50,131 nt of DNA from the NCBI GenBank assembly GCA_032718475.1, contig JAUCBJ010005000.1:1-50131 (forward strand), written 5' to 3'. The notes beneath the pieces were generated by a model. The model searched no databases and had not been told where the DNA came from. It was given only the letters and a program-made list of their open reading frames with translations. Both the position numbers and the translations under genes were made by a program. Positions 34,175-46,700 of this stretch are shown piece after piece (position 1 is the stretch's first letter; the number at the start of each line of letters is the position of its first letter). Source of the DNA: Nemertoderma westbladi. Its lineage: Eukaryota; Animalia; Xenacoelomorpha.

Positions 34175-36500
34175 TTTTGGGCGTACAAGAGGTGAAGGTG
34201 TTAATAGCAAGATTTACGTAATTCGCACCATAAGTGCATTAACTCCTATTGGTGAGAGATAATAGTTATTGTTCCAGTAGCTGCCAATATATTACAAACT
34301 GAACCTTCTTATTTTATGACACTGATTCCGGGGTCTGCTACATATCCTTGACCAGCCACGGGTTGTCCGACAGCAGGTTCCCTGAATGAAACCGGAAGTC
34401 TAGTGGGAAGGGAGGTATGCATTCTACTGGGAAATCACCTGAGAATCGGATGAGGGTCTTTCGAACTTCTCACACACATGACGAAAGATATCACTTTAGT
34501 GACCTTTACTGGAGGAGTTCTCTTACAGTGACATTTACTGTTGATGGTCGACTACGATCAAAGTGAAGGCATTGTTGATGATCTCTTAGACTTCGACAAC
34601 GATATGACACTCTCAATAATGGCAGATACTGGGGAGGCACCCAGTGAGAACCAAAGACGGTGTTTAACGAACCTGAAGAAATACGGTACAACACTGAATG
34701 GAAGTGGACGATCGCAACAAATCAAATCTATGACGAGTTGCAGTACGGCATCACACGAACTATAAACGTTACCAGGACGAGTGTAGGGAGTACGAACTTT
34801 AAAACACAAACTTCATCGAACATGACCGACACAGACAACCCAACAGAGACAATCGTTTCGTGCGAGGGTTGATTTGGGGTAAGAAGACAGATACCCAGAA
34901 CTCCACTCGATGGAAATATAATAGCCGGCACGGTCGGTGGAATAGAAGAAACGAGGACTTGATCAAATGATGGGAGACACCAGCGATACCTCACGGGATC
35001 AATGGCGAGGCAGACAATGCGGTGTTCGAGCAAGAACAAACAGATGGGTGTCTGAGGACCAGTTGCGCGACCATAGCCTGTGGGGGGGGGGGAAGGCGAA
35101 CTCTGTTGCCAGGCACCAGCAGGAGGTCACTAACGGTGGGCGATGGGGGGAGTGGGGTTGAAACCCGACCTCCACTTCCCAGAGACTCCAACTCCACCAG
35201 TGGAGCGAGTCTACCTCCTACACTCAGAGAAAGACTACTGTCGACTACGACAACACGATTCTTAACCACACCAAAAGGAGGACGAGGACGAGATCTTCAA
35301 GGATCTGATGGAAGACATCGACGAGATGTTTGGTAACTCAGGAACAATGGAACCAGGAGAGCTAAGTAAATATTAAATTACTCAAATTACTATCGAACCA
35401 GGTAAAATCTCAACCATGAGAAAGTATATTTTGTGTGAAATAAAGGAGGGTGAACTAAAATTTATGGTAGGGGTCTATTGATACACAATGCTACAGAGGA
35501 GGACTCCGGGGGATTAAATCCCGAGGATTCAATCAGTAATGTTGATGAGAGAGAGAGTGGTGTGTCTTTGAGTCAGTAACATCCTTGGTTATAAGCCGCA
35601 AAAATAAACCCATAGAGGAACACGAAAAAGAGATGCAAGTAAAAATAATGAAAGATCAGATAGAACTAGAGAGACAAGAGTGTGAGAGATAAATGAGGTT
35701 AAAGCGTAAGCGAGAGGAGTTAGCTGCGAAAAAGGTGGAGAGAGAAAGCTCAAAAGGATTAGAGAGGGTAATAGTTCCATAGATCAAGACCTACAAAGGA
35801 ATAAAGGTGAGTTATTAGAGATAATTACCTAACAGGTGGAGACATGTTAACTGGACAAATGATCAATAATGGTAAGGCAACGAATATTAATGACCACATT
35901 ATATTATACCAAAATAATTATTTTAAAGAACCTAATAATAATATAAACTGTAATGGTGAAACAATATGTCGGACTGACAAATGGGTTAACTCAAGCCTGG
36001 AAGGCATTATTGGAACGAAGATTCGGGAACCCAGGGAAAATCCTACAGGCGACAGTTAATAAATTAGTAGTAAATGGAAAGTTAGTAACAATCCCTGAAC
36101 TTCGGACATTTACCGAAAGAGTGAACAAATCAATAATACTGTAGCACTGGAGGAATTAGGAATGCTGCACTAACTAAACACCACTCATAACATCAGGGCT
36201 TTAGTGGACTTATTACCATAATACATCAGCAACTCATGGCCGAAGGAAGCAGATAACATCAGATCGAAGAGAGCTAGAGAACCACAATTAAAGGAGTTAG
36301 GAGATTTCTTAGCTGACCAGATTGAGATAATAGAAGACCCAGTATATGGAGAAGAATTATTACTGAGTACAGTATTATATGCCCAAGGAGGCAAAGAAGA
36401 AGGATAAACAAGAAGATAGGGAATCGGCAATACATGTAGTTAGTAGTACAAGTGAGATGCGACCAGAAATAGTAAGAAACATCGCAAATACATTCAGAAT
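34175..36500 (+). pseudogene. BEL/Pao internal region with decayed gag (DUF1759-like), truncated before pol
   Basis: About 35990-36360 translates, with a frameshift and stops, to AWKALLERRFGNPGKILQATVNKL...LRTF...LEELGMLH*LN...IRALVDLLP*YISNSW...LKELGDFLADQIEIIEDPVYG. These motifs are typical of BEL/Pao gag. Confidence 0.75.
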
Positions 36501-36501
36501 T

Positions 36502-38706
36502 CCCAGCGAGGAGGACAGGACCGAGTTCCTGGGCGAGGTGGCGATTCGTTAGTCAGGGAAACGGGCTGGCCGGCGGACATGACGGCCTGAGCGTGTTACA
36601 GTTGCTGGAAGTGGCGAACCAGGAGGCTGTTGAGGTTTTGGAATGGGCTGGGGCGGAGGCTGCATTGGCAGGAAAGTGGCTTTCAGCCGGTCCACAGAGA
36701 CAGTATATTCTTTTTTTGGTTGTCACCAGCTTGGAGGACGCGGAAGGGACCGTCATAAGGTCGCTGTAAGGGTGCGCGGTGAGCATCGTGTGTGGCCTTG
36801 TCGAGGGCTGGAGGCATGTGGACTGGGGGGTGGTGGGTCAGCGTGGAATACGACAGGAGATGGCTGTATGGCACGCATGTCAGCCTGCAGCTGGCGGAGG
36901 AAAGCGTCAGACGGGGCTGTGGCACGCGAGGTATCTGACACAAACTCACCTGGCACACGCAGGGCTGTGCCATAGACAAGCTCAGCTGCTGATGCATTAG
37001 TGCCCTCGTGCCAGGCAGTACGAATGCCGAGTAGGACAAAGGGTAGTTCATCCATCTAATTGTGTCCAGTTAGGCGTGCCTTCAGTGCTGCTTTCAGTTG
37101 TCGGTGCAGCCGCTCCACCATACCATTGGCTGCAGGGTGGTAGGCAGTTGTGTTGCTGGTTTAGATACCGAGTGTTGCTCTGAGTTCGGACCAGAGGCAG
37201 CTTGTAAATTGAGGGCCACGGTCTGATGTGATGTCGTTTGGAATACCAAAGCTGGATATCCAGCCGCGGATGAGGGAGCGAACACATGTCACAGTCTTGC
37301 TATTGGTGATTGGTATGGCCTCAGGTCAGCGTGTGAAGCGGTCTATTATTGTTAAGAGGTAGACATTGCCCTCAGACTCTGGACGAGGTCGACGTGCAAA
37401 CTGCTGAAACGTCGCTCTGGAGGCAGGCATTGATTCACGGGTGCATGCACATGTTGGGTGACCTTTGATGCCTGGCACGGGTGGCACTCACAGTACCAGC
37501 AGCGCACATCATGCTTGAGTCCATGCCAAACGAAACGGGCAGATATGGCGCACTGTGTGGGTCGAGGCCCCGGGTGGGAGAGACCATGAATTGCGCCAAA
37601 TATACGATGGGTCCATGTTGCTGGGACAATAGGGCGTGGTTTGCCGGTGGAGGTATCGCATAGGATGGAGACATTGTTTGTCAGTTGGACATAGACAAGT
37701 TTCATGCCAGTAATGGCTGTGCAGTAGGCATTGATCTCTTTGCACTCTTGGTCAGCAGCTAACTTGGTGTAGTCAATAGTTGGGATGGCAATGGCAGCAG
37801 AGGCACATACTGCTCGGGAGAGTGTGTCTGCAACGATGTTTCCTTTACCGCTGATGTGCCATACATCTGTTGTGTATTCAGCAATAAGTGAGAGATGACA
37901 AGTCTGGCGTGGTGAGCTGTTGGACTCACTGGAGAAGGCAAAAACGAGACCTTTATGGTCGGTATAAACCGTCAGTGGCTTGCCTTCTACATAGTGGCGG
38001 AAATGGTGGATGGCCTCATAGATAGCAAGCACTTCCCGGTCAAAAGTGCTATAGTTTTTTCTGCGGCTGAAAGCTTTCGCGAAAAAAACTTATTGGCTTC
38101 CAGGTGCCCTCCTGAAGTTGGGCAAGCTCCGCACCGCACCACTGTTAGAGGCATCAACAGTGACTGATGTGGGTATGGATGGGTCAGGCTGGTGGAGCAG
38201 TGTGGCTTCTGCTAGGGCAGACTTGGCTGCCACAAAAGCCTCATTGCAGGCGTAGGTCCAGGTGATGGACTGTCCCTTTCCAGCAGTGGCCTCGTGGAGT
38301 GGGTTCAGCTTGGAAGCGAGGCGTGGCATGAACCGACGGTAGAAATTGATCATACCGAGGAAACGCTGGAGCTCAAGCTTTGAGGTGGGGATGGGGACAT
38401 TGATGATGGCATTGATACGTGATGGGAGTGGAGAGATTCCAGTGGTAGAGACGAGGTGGCCGAGTTATTGCAGCTCCGACTCCCCGAAGAGGCTATTGTG
38501 GTGGTTCACAACGAGGCCGTTTGCAGCAAGCAGATGGAATACCTGGCGCAGGTGCTCAGCATGCTCCTCGGCTGTGCTGCTCGAGACGAGGATGTCGTCT
38601 TAAGTGGACGAAAACGTAATCAATGCCTTGCAATATGCCATCCATCCGCCATTGGAACGCTTGTGCTGCATTCTTTAGGCCAAAGGGCATGCGTAAGAAC
38701 TCATAG
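36502..38706 (-). mobile_element. Ty3/Gypsy LTR-retrotransposon pol fragment (RT C-half, RNase H, integrase), degenerate
   Basis: Motifs in order: EFLRMPFGLKNAAQAFQ (RT), INFYRRF, DASN and LAIYEAIHHFRHY...YTDHK (RNase H), HGLSHPG...CHPCQASK (zinc HHCC), HVDLV, TTAYHPAANGMVERLHRQLK, ELPFVLLGIRTA, PYDGPF, terminal TRSGRHVRRPARFPD with stop at 36549-36551. RT-RH-IN order is Gypsy. Several frameshifts and stops. Confidence 0.95.
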
Positions 38707-39630
38707 AATGGAAAACCCTCATGGCGAATGTTTTTATTACATAGTATGCTTGACAGACCGACAACCAAACAGACATACATACAGATACAGACAGCCTAAA
38801 GTTGGTCAGTCGTAAAAAATTACATCAGAAATAAATTCAGCGACCTGGAAAACCCCCATGGCGAAGGTTTTTTTTTACATAATATGCTTCCTTTTTTTGA
38901 CAGACAGACTGACAGACAAACACACATAAATATCAACACAAACATCCTAGAGTTTGTCAGTCGTAAAAACTGACATCAGAAATAAAATTAGTGACCATGG
39001 AAAACACCCATGGCGAATGTTTTTATTACATAATATGCTTCCATATTTTTTGACAGACAGACTGACAGACAAACAGACATACATACAGACACAAGACATC
39101 CTAGAGTTGGTAATTTTATAACTGTCAGCACTTTTCGGCAACAATATTCGGTGCCAAAAAGAGTAATTTCTCAAATCTGGGTAAACATGAAACATGTTCC
39201 ATTCGAATCAGCGTCCCAAAAACCCCAATCTACATAAAAATTTTGACGATCTAGTGCTTTTGAAAAATTAAAATTAATGGCTACCAGCACATTTCGTGCA
39301 CCATATTGGGTGCCAAAAAGTTCAATTTCCCACATCTCTGGGTAACCCTAAAACGTGTTACATTGTAATCAGCACCTCAAAAAACCCCATATTATGGCAT
39401 TGAATAGTGATTGAATATCGTATCTGCAAAATATGTCGATTTTTTTGTTTGACACCATGAAACTAATATTCCACAGAAAACGCACCTGTTTATTTCAAAT
39501 TTTAGTCACTTTTAAACAATCGAAATACGAAATACCTTTCAAAAATATATCATCTGAAAGTGCGAAAAATTATCTATCAAATAGGGCAATAAAAAACTCA
39601 ATTTCGATTTTTTGACGAATAACGCTTTTC
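38707..39630. mobile_element. Unclassified non-autonomous repeat element with internal ~140-150-bp tandem units and ACAG microsatellite
   Basis: GAAAAC(C/A)C(T/C)CATGGCGAA...TTACATA.TATGCTT recurs near 38711, 38848 and 39000, each followed by (GACA)n-like tracts. The related motif AATCAGC...AAAAACCCC occurs near 39207 and 39367. Confidence 0.55.
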
Positions 39631-39632
39631 TA

Positions 39633-40076
39633 TATACACTGCCACTTATATTGTCTTATAATAGAACTCACAGGATCAGATCTCTGTGTTGGTTGGTTTG
39701 TTAGAAATCTTTCACCACAAGCATTAGGTATTATTTGATTGTGAATCGAACTAGGCACATCACTCCAAGTAGCACTCTCACTAACATTTGTTCTCTGTTG
39801 ATGTTGAGATGGAAGAAAATTACCCTCTGTACCACTCTGGTGATATATCATTGAACGACCCACACTAGCTCTATGTTCATGTTGACTTGAAGGCAGATTC
39901 GCATGATCATTCGATGTACCTTGAATCAAACTACTTCTAGTATGGGGAGTAACTTGACCTGCAGTCCCTGTGGTGGATTCATCTAATGGTAAATCTATTA
40001 AATCATATGCATCAGTAAACCGGCTGTCGTGATCTCCCATATCTGATAGGTTCGCCCTCCAAAGGTTGTTGTACAC
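39633..40076 (-). CDS. Probable internal exon encoding a Ser/Thr/Gln-rich disordered region; 3' end uncertain
   Basis: Acceptor tttatcttTAG|GTG at 40077/40076 followed by 148 open codons. Peptide repeats NLPSSQHEHRASVG and NFLPSQHQQRTNVS resemble NLPVIPSRQQHPSAVG at the start of the 33286 exon. No clear donor before the adjacent repeat element. Confidence 0.55.
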
Positions 40077-40412
40077 CTAAAGATAAATTATGTTCCATCA
40101 TATTGTTATTTATAGAAAGTTAAATTATGGTAGGCCTTCTTCGGGTGTTTTTTGTTCAACTAGAGAAAAATTATGTTCCATCATATATTGATATTCACTC
40201 ACACTCCCGTTAATAAAAAAAATAATTAACTGTTCAAATTGTAGATGTTTACTCTTCAGTTTCTATATTATATAACTGTAACCCATGACTTATATTATAT
40301 CTTGCTTCGATTGCTTGCAGCTATTTAATTTTAACAATTTGATTATTGTAGCTGTACTATTACGATCGGCATGCTGCATTGCAGCTGCATTATTATATAT
40401 CACATAGATATT

Positions 40413-43400
40413 AGAATGCTGTGCCGGCTTGTTGACAAAAGTGCGCCGCCAACTCACTATCACCCATGATATTTGCTAGATCATCTGGATCTTCAAGGCC
40501 AGTGTCCTTTAAGATGCGTCTCAAGAAAGTCATGAGGTGTCACCAATGCTTATTCACTCCATGAGGCCGCCAAAGCAAAAGATTATGCACTGGTTGGTCC
40601 TCACGGCGAAAGCAATGTCATGAAAAACCGAGGCGGCTTTGTTCTAGTGCCAAGCTTGGGGGAACCAATGAGACACCTCCAATGTTATATAGTGTCTGGT
40701 TGGTGATGAGTGCATTGTACTTGACACAGAGAACCCGGAGTAGCATTCTTGTGAATGTACCATCCAGAGATTTGGTGTCCCCAGCATGGATTCCCATAGA
40801 GGATTACTGGAACTACTGCTGCTCTAAGTAATCGGACCTCACGTTTCCGATGAATTCTATGTGACTTCCAAATTCTGGAAAGCCTTATTCAAAGGTACTC
40901 ACAAGTCGACCACATGCTCGAGCATACCATACTTTGAGCTTATACTCATCCGGTCAGAGACTTGCTGAGGACTTTCAAAGTTAACTGTCAAATTTTGGTC
41001 TTTTTGGAGTTAATAAAAAGACCAACACTAGAACCAGCCTGTTCCAATGAGCTGAGGAGCCGTTGGGCTCCCTGTCGTGATTCTGAGAGTACTCCTAAGT
41101 TATCAGCAAAGTCTAGAAGAGTTAGGTACTTGGCAGGATTTCCTCGGCTTCTGGAGCCAGTAGGTGGAGTTACCATCACCCCATCATCATTATGATGATC
41201 TAAGGACATGCGTAGAACATAGTGAACCACAATTATGAAAAAGAATGGCGCAAGTGTGTCTCCTTGGAGGACTCCCCATAATACTTTAAATGGTTCTGTG
41301 TCACCATCAACAGTAGATACAAATGTTGTCGAACCATCGTATACTGATCTGATTGCTGCAATAATTTCATCAGGAATCCCATATAATGAAAGTAGGCCTA
41401 TGCTGAACATACGTGAGTGAGAGACTGAATCAAAGCCCTTGAAGAAGTCAACAAAGATAACAGCCAGATGCCTGTCTTTCTTTTATGATTACTCTTCAAT
41501 TATCTAAGTGGCAAAATGGGCGAAATGGTCCCACGACCTTTACGGAACCCATTCTGATTTCCACAGAGCAGTCTATCAATGGGATCCCTGATGCGATTTA
41601 ATAGAATTCTATTGTATAGCTTTGCAGGAATCGAGATCAATGAGATTTCCCAAAAGAACCATAGAGTGTTAGGTTTCCCTTCTTGGGAACTGGCACCAAC
41701 TTATTTGTTTTCATTTCTTGTGGGACTCTTGTTGTTCTGTACATGTCTACTATGATGGGATAGATGAGCTTTAAACACTCAGGTATTTTAAAGACCTCAG
41801 GGGGACTTTTCAAAGTGGGCCTTCCAACAATTGAGGCGATCGGCTGGAGTTTCTGCCTTAACCGTGGTGGTTGGTTGGCTTTACCGCCCAGTAATCAAGT
41901 TGCCTGCTGTCATCAGCATCATTGATGGCCTCGACCTGTTGGTTTATTAGCTCCTGTAGATTAACAGAGTACTGCCTGTTCTGGGACCTAGATGCAGCCT
42001 TTTAACTGCATTATTGGCCGCTATAGCCTGTTTAATTCGGGGCTCTTTCTGCGCCTTATAGAGGTCATTTCGGCACTTTTGAATTTTTGTGATCAGTCCA
42101 GGGGGCCCTTTTCCTGGTTCGAGGGCATACAGGAACTGTTTCTGCAGCTACTCACTTAACTGCTTCTGTGAAGGCAGTATAGCCCTCGCAGTGATCTGCC
42201 GCCTCGGAGGCAAGAACCTCATACCTGTTGCTCAGATGTAGTGTAAAGCTGGATCTCACACTTGGCTGTTTCAACAGAGAGGACCAGTCATGCCGCGGCA
42301 AAGGCAGATCTCGTTGTTCTGCTAGCACGCAGACTAAGTCTTACCTTGGCCATAATAAGGCGATGAACAATGGCGAAGCGTCGAAGTGTAAATGCATTAC
42401 AGTCTGGTATAGAATATGGTCTATCTGGGACTTGTGACCACTGGGACCACTATGAGTCCATAGCTTTCCAGTTCGCTTCTTGAACTGTGTTTCAGCCGAA
42501 AACAATCCATTTCCAGAGATAAAATCCTGTAGATGGATGGAATTTCGGTTAACATTATCGCTATAGACCCAGGGAGATGTAGGTGATTGATGCAGACTTG
42601 CATTAATGTCTCCCAGGAATGTTAAGAATGCATGCTCATCCACTCCATCACTAGCTGCTTGTAGATTATGGTAGAAATTGTCCTCTTCCTCTATTGGGGT
42701 AATGCTAATTGGAGAGTAGTACACAATCAGAACCACCTTAGGATACTTCGTGGCCAGTCTTCCAGAACATGAGAAGTGGCAACGGATGATGCGGTTGGAG
42801 ATTTTGTCTATTTTGCCCAATGCTGCATGTGCAGTTAGATTCATCAATAGACCAATTCCACCATTGCCACTATCATCTGCTGATGCGAGGGCGAGTCGCC
42901 AACCGCCCCCATGTACTTAATTAGAACCTCATCAGTCTGCATTCGGTGCTCTTGAAGACCCACTGTGCTAAGAGAAAGCTTATCTGCCAAGGCTGTCAGT
43001 CAGCTCACCTTTTCGCATTGGGGACCCGAGTGTTAGGGTATTAACTGAGGATAGTCTAGTGACTTGCCTCAGATTCACCAATAGCTTGGTTGGTCGGGGT
43101 GGAACATAGGAGTAGCCTCCAACTCCAGAATCCCTCTCCCCCTCACAATCTGGCCTCCCTGGTGACCCAGGGTTTGGGCCAGAAAGGTCATCAAGAATGC
43201 GACTCACAGAAGCCGCTCTCTCTCTCTCCAGTAGGGGGTGAGACAGACAGCCAGTCAGGAGATAACTGACGCCTGTGAGGTGAGGCCAATTGTGTTCACC
43301 TCCGCATGGATTGGGGTTGGGGATGCTTTTTTGCCGAGTCAGCTCTTGGGGCAAATACCACACCCTGGTTTGCCATTCCACATGGTGGGTGTCGCAATGG

Positions 43401-43770
43401 AGTCAGATATGAGGCCCATCAGCCATACCTACTCTGATGCACATGACCCACCATTGGTTGTGTAGCTCATCTGCTGGGCCATGCCCTGTACCCCTGCTGC
43501 CAGGTGCAGATCGCAGTGAAGTGCACTCAGAGTGGACATGAGAACACTCTACTCCTGACCAGCCATTGGTAGATCACCATCTGCCTGGCCAGGCCATATA
43601 CCCTTGCAGCCAAGTATATGGGTCCTTAATCCAGGACCAAGGGCGTCCTTATCCCAGAATGAAAGGGGTCCTAGTTACAGGACCAGATTTGCACTAGTAA
43701 GAGGGTAGGTATATGCAGCCACAGGTGGCACCTCCTTTATGCTGCATGGAGGTGGCAAGTTTTCTTGATC
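40413..43770 (-). mobile_element. RTE-clade non-LTR retrotransposon, near full length but decayed (APE endonuclease plus RT)
   Basis: APE motifs VGLQEHR, LGDINA, KLWTH...SQIDHIL (about 42400-43070). RT motifs GVLQGDTLAPFFFIIV, LDFADNL, VGLFINSKKTK (40988-41410). RTE-type C-terminus LKDTGL...IMGD..WRR near 40445-40515. GC-richer 5' UTR to about 43770. Many frameshifts. Confidence 0.9.
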
Positions 43771-46700
43771 GATGACCTAGAATACCTGACCTAACTGCCG
43801 CTATGACACTCTGCCGCCTATTTAATTCTAAGTAATTCAGGAGCATGCTCATCAAGGCGGCAGAGTGCCGCCTTTAAACTTAACCCCTAGGGAGGCGAAG
43901 TGCCGCCATTACAAATATTATCCTGACCCCCAGGGCGGCAGGGTGCCGCCTTTATTTAAAACCTCTTATAATAGTCGAGTAGACGCTTGGTACATTTTAC
44001 TGACGAACCGTTCTCCAGCGTATGACTGCAATTTTATTTGCTCATGATGTTGTTCAACATTATAACAATAAATGTTCGCTATAAAGACTTTGGGAAAGGT
44101 TGAGCAATTTTTTTTATTGCCGTTTGTTTGGAGGATAAAATCATAACAAAATTACCAAAAAAATGTTAATCTATTTAGAGAATGTGTTAGCAACAACATT
44201 AAACATTCCAGAATATTATGTTTTTATGATTCAAAACATTGCAGTAATAAGTTACATTTAGGCAATGAAAATAACCTTAAAGAGAGTTGGAGGCGACGAG
44301 TGCTTTGACTAAAATAATTAAAGAATATTGTGATTAATAGTGACAATTAGTTTTGAGAAAGATTGCCTTATCTGGATCTACCGCCTTATGTAAGGCGATA
44401 GATCCAAAAAATCCAAAAGTTGGAAACGCTAGAAAAATGCAGCGATAGCAATATGATAAAGGACTTTTGCCATTTGCGAAACAAGATTGCCACGATACGA
44501 AGAATTAGCTTGAAATTTGAAGATTCCGTTGGATTTGGGAGATGGTGAGCTTGAAGACCTAACTATTTAGGGAACCCGATTCTATCGAAGTTGTTACGTC
44601 AATTTTAAAGGTAATATACTTAATGTACACCACCATTTAATATATAGAATATTGTATAATACTTATATTTAAAGACTTGTATTTTCGCTTTACAATTGTT
44701 GTTGGAAAATAATTTTAAAACGTCTCCATCACCACGGCCCTATCAAGCATTATTGTTCATTTTATAATACTTTTTATGTAGCTATTTTTAAGTTTTGATA
44801 CATATAAATGTTCTGGAACATATTGCCGTTACCCAACATTTATACAATATTATTGTATTTTTTTTTTAATATTTCAGATTTTATTTATTTATTTTAAAAT
44901 ATGGCAGATTTTTTTGTTATGATAGAAATATTTTTTCAACTTTATTTGTTTATAACATAGGCCTATATAAAAAAAATGTGAAAAAAACGCAACATAAAAG
45001 AGCAACATTATCTTATGTGAGGCCTAATCCTACAGTATATAGAATCATTTTATTGTATATTTTGGCAGCTACCACAAGCAGATAGATCCCACGATAGTTT
45101 GTTGTTAGATTGGAGAGATATGAGATATTAATTTCAAGAAAATTACGCGATTCCTAAATTTGTACACTACCCGGTTAAAAAGTACACATGTGATGGGATT
45201 AGTCCTACAATTGCGCCAATAAAACATTCGAGGTTAAGACCCCTAGATCCCTTCCTATAATAAATGTATAATAACAAACACCTAGAAAAATGCAGCTAGC
45301 CAACACAACAGATAACGTGTTAATAAATATATTATCAAACATTCAACTACAAGTAATTACTGCAAATGCAGAAGTTGTTTCATCGACAGTCTTTCACCTT
45401 TAATTTCACGGTCCACTGGTAATACCGGACATCACCTTACAGAAACAACATCTCAGTTTGGGTAACCACTGCTACTTCGAAAAGGATAAACCTGCGCCAT
45501 TCTGTCCATAAATGCGTCGGCCACAAAGTCCACATTCGATTTAACATATTTCCAACATATTTTCCACCAGTTCTTGAGGATACATGTCTAGCGAGAGTTA
45601 TGGTGCTGACAGCATATATTCCTGACAGACAGGTATGTCGGTGCATTACTTGGCCACAGTGATGAGCTCCAAATTGCACACCGAGCCTTGTATGTATTAC
45701 AAGTTCACTGCCTGTAACAGTGTTTGCCATAACACTGCAATGTTACAAAATTTGTAACTCATAACTTCAAACATAATCCTTATTCCTTACATTTTTATTT
45801 TCTCGAGCTTGGTTTCTCCTTATTTATGATTGACCAGTGTCTAAATAGATAAATATACCCCTGCGTGTTAATTCATTATTGTTGCTAAGTAAAACATCTG
45901 TCGTTAAGATAAATAGTGTTCTAGAAAAAATTGCTCAATGCGGACTATGTGAAATATAACATAATTTCAAATGGTTTATACAAGTTAACACTTTCAGCAA
46001 AAAAAACTGCAGTCATACCCAATTTGAACGGTGGTTGCCACTGTCTACTTGACTATAAGTTATTTATCACTATATAGGGGTGGGAAAATGGAGTTCAGAT
46101 TCGTGTTGGGCAGGAAAAACTGGTCTAGAAAAGTTAACTTAATATGCTTGGAGGATTCCTATGGGTTTGATTGTATTTTTAATTTCATTATTTATGCAAT
46201 TAAATTTAAAATTAACCAATAATTTTGTCACAAATGATTAAGGCGGCAGGGCCGCCTTTGAGGGAAGGATAAGTAATAATATAGTTATCCTCTTTATATA
46301 AAAAATCTCTGGATCTAAAAAATCAGGACAAGAGAATAAACCTTTTGGTCCAATCAAATATATTGTTCTTTGTCCTTGGAACTAAAAATTCATATAATTT
46401 ATCTTTGGTATGCAAAGGGTTAAAGACTTATATTCTAGAATATACGTCACCTGACTTACGATTCAAAATACTAGCTATTATTATTCGAAAACACTAGCTG
46501 ATATTAAAAAAACCTCTGCAATACCTACTGGCTTCCATAGTATAGTCTTTACATGATTATATGTTAATAAGTACCCTATTCTAGAATATAACACGGCTTA
46601 AAGGCCATTTAATGATAGTACAACAATATCTCAAGGATGTGGCCGTTGTGTATCCATGCTCAGATGCAACAGCCGATAGACTAAACAAAACTCAATGAAT

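Noticed and set aside
40085-40192. Direct repeat AAATTATGTTCCATCATAT about 83 bp apart
   Set aside because: A real but small local duplication or target-site duplication with no identifiable insert.
46400-46423. piggyBac-like end (AAAGGG-TTAA)
   Set aside because: No convincing matching terminal inverted repeat was found in the window.
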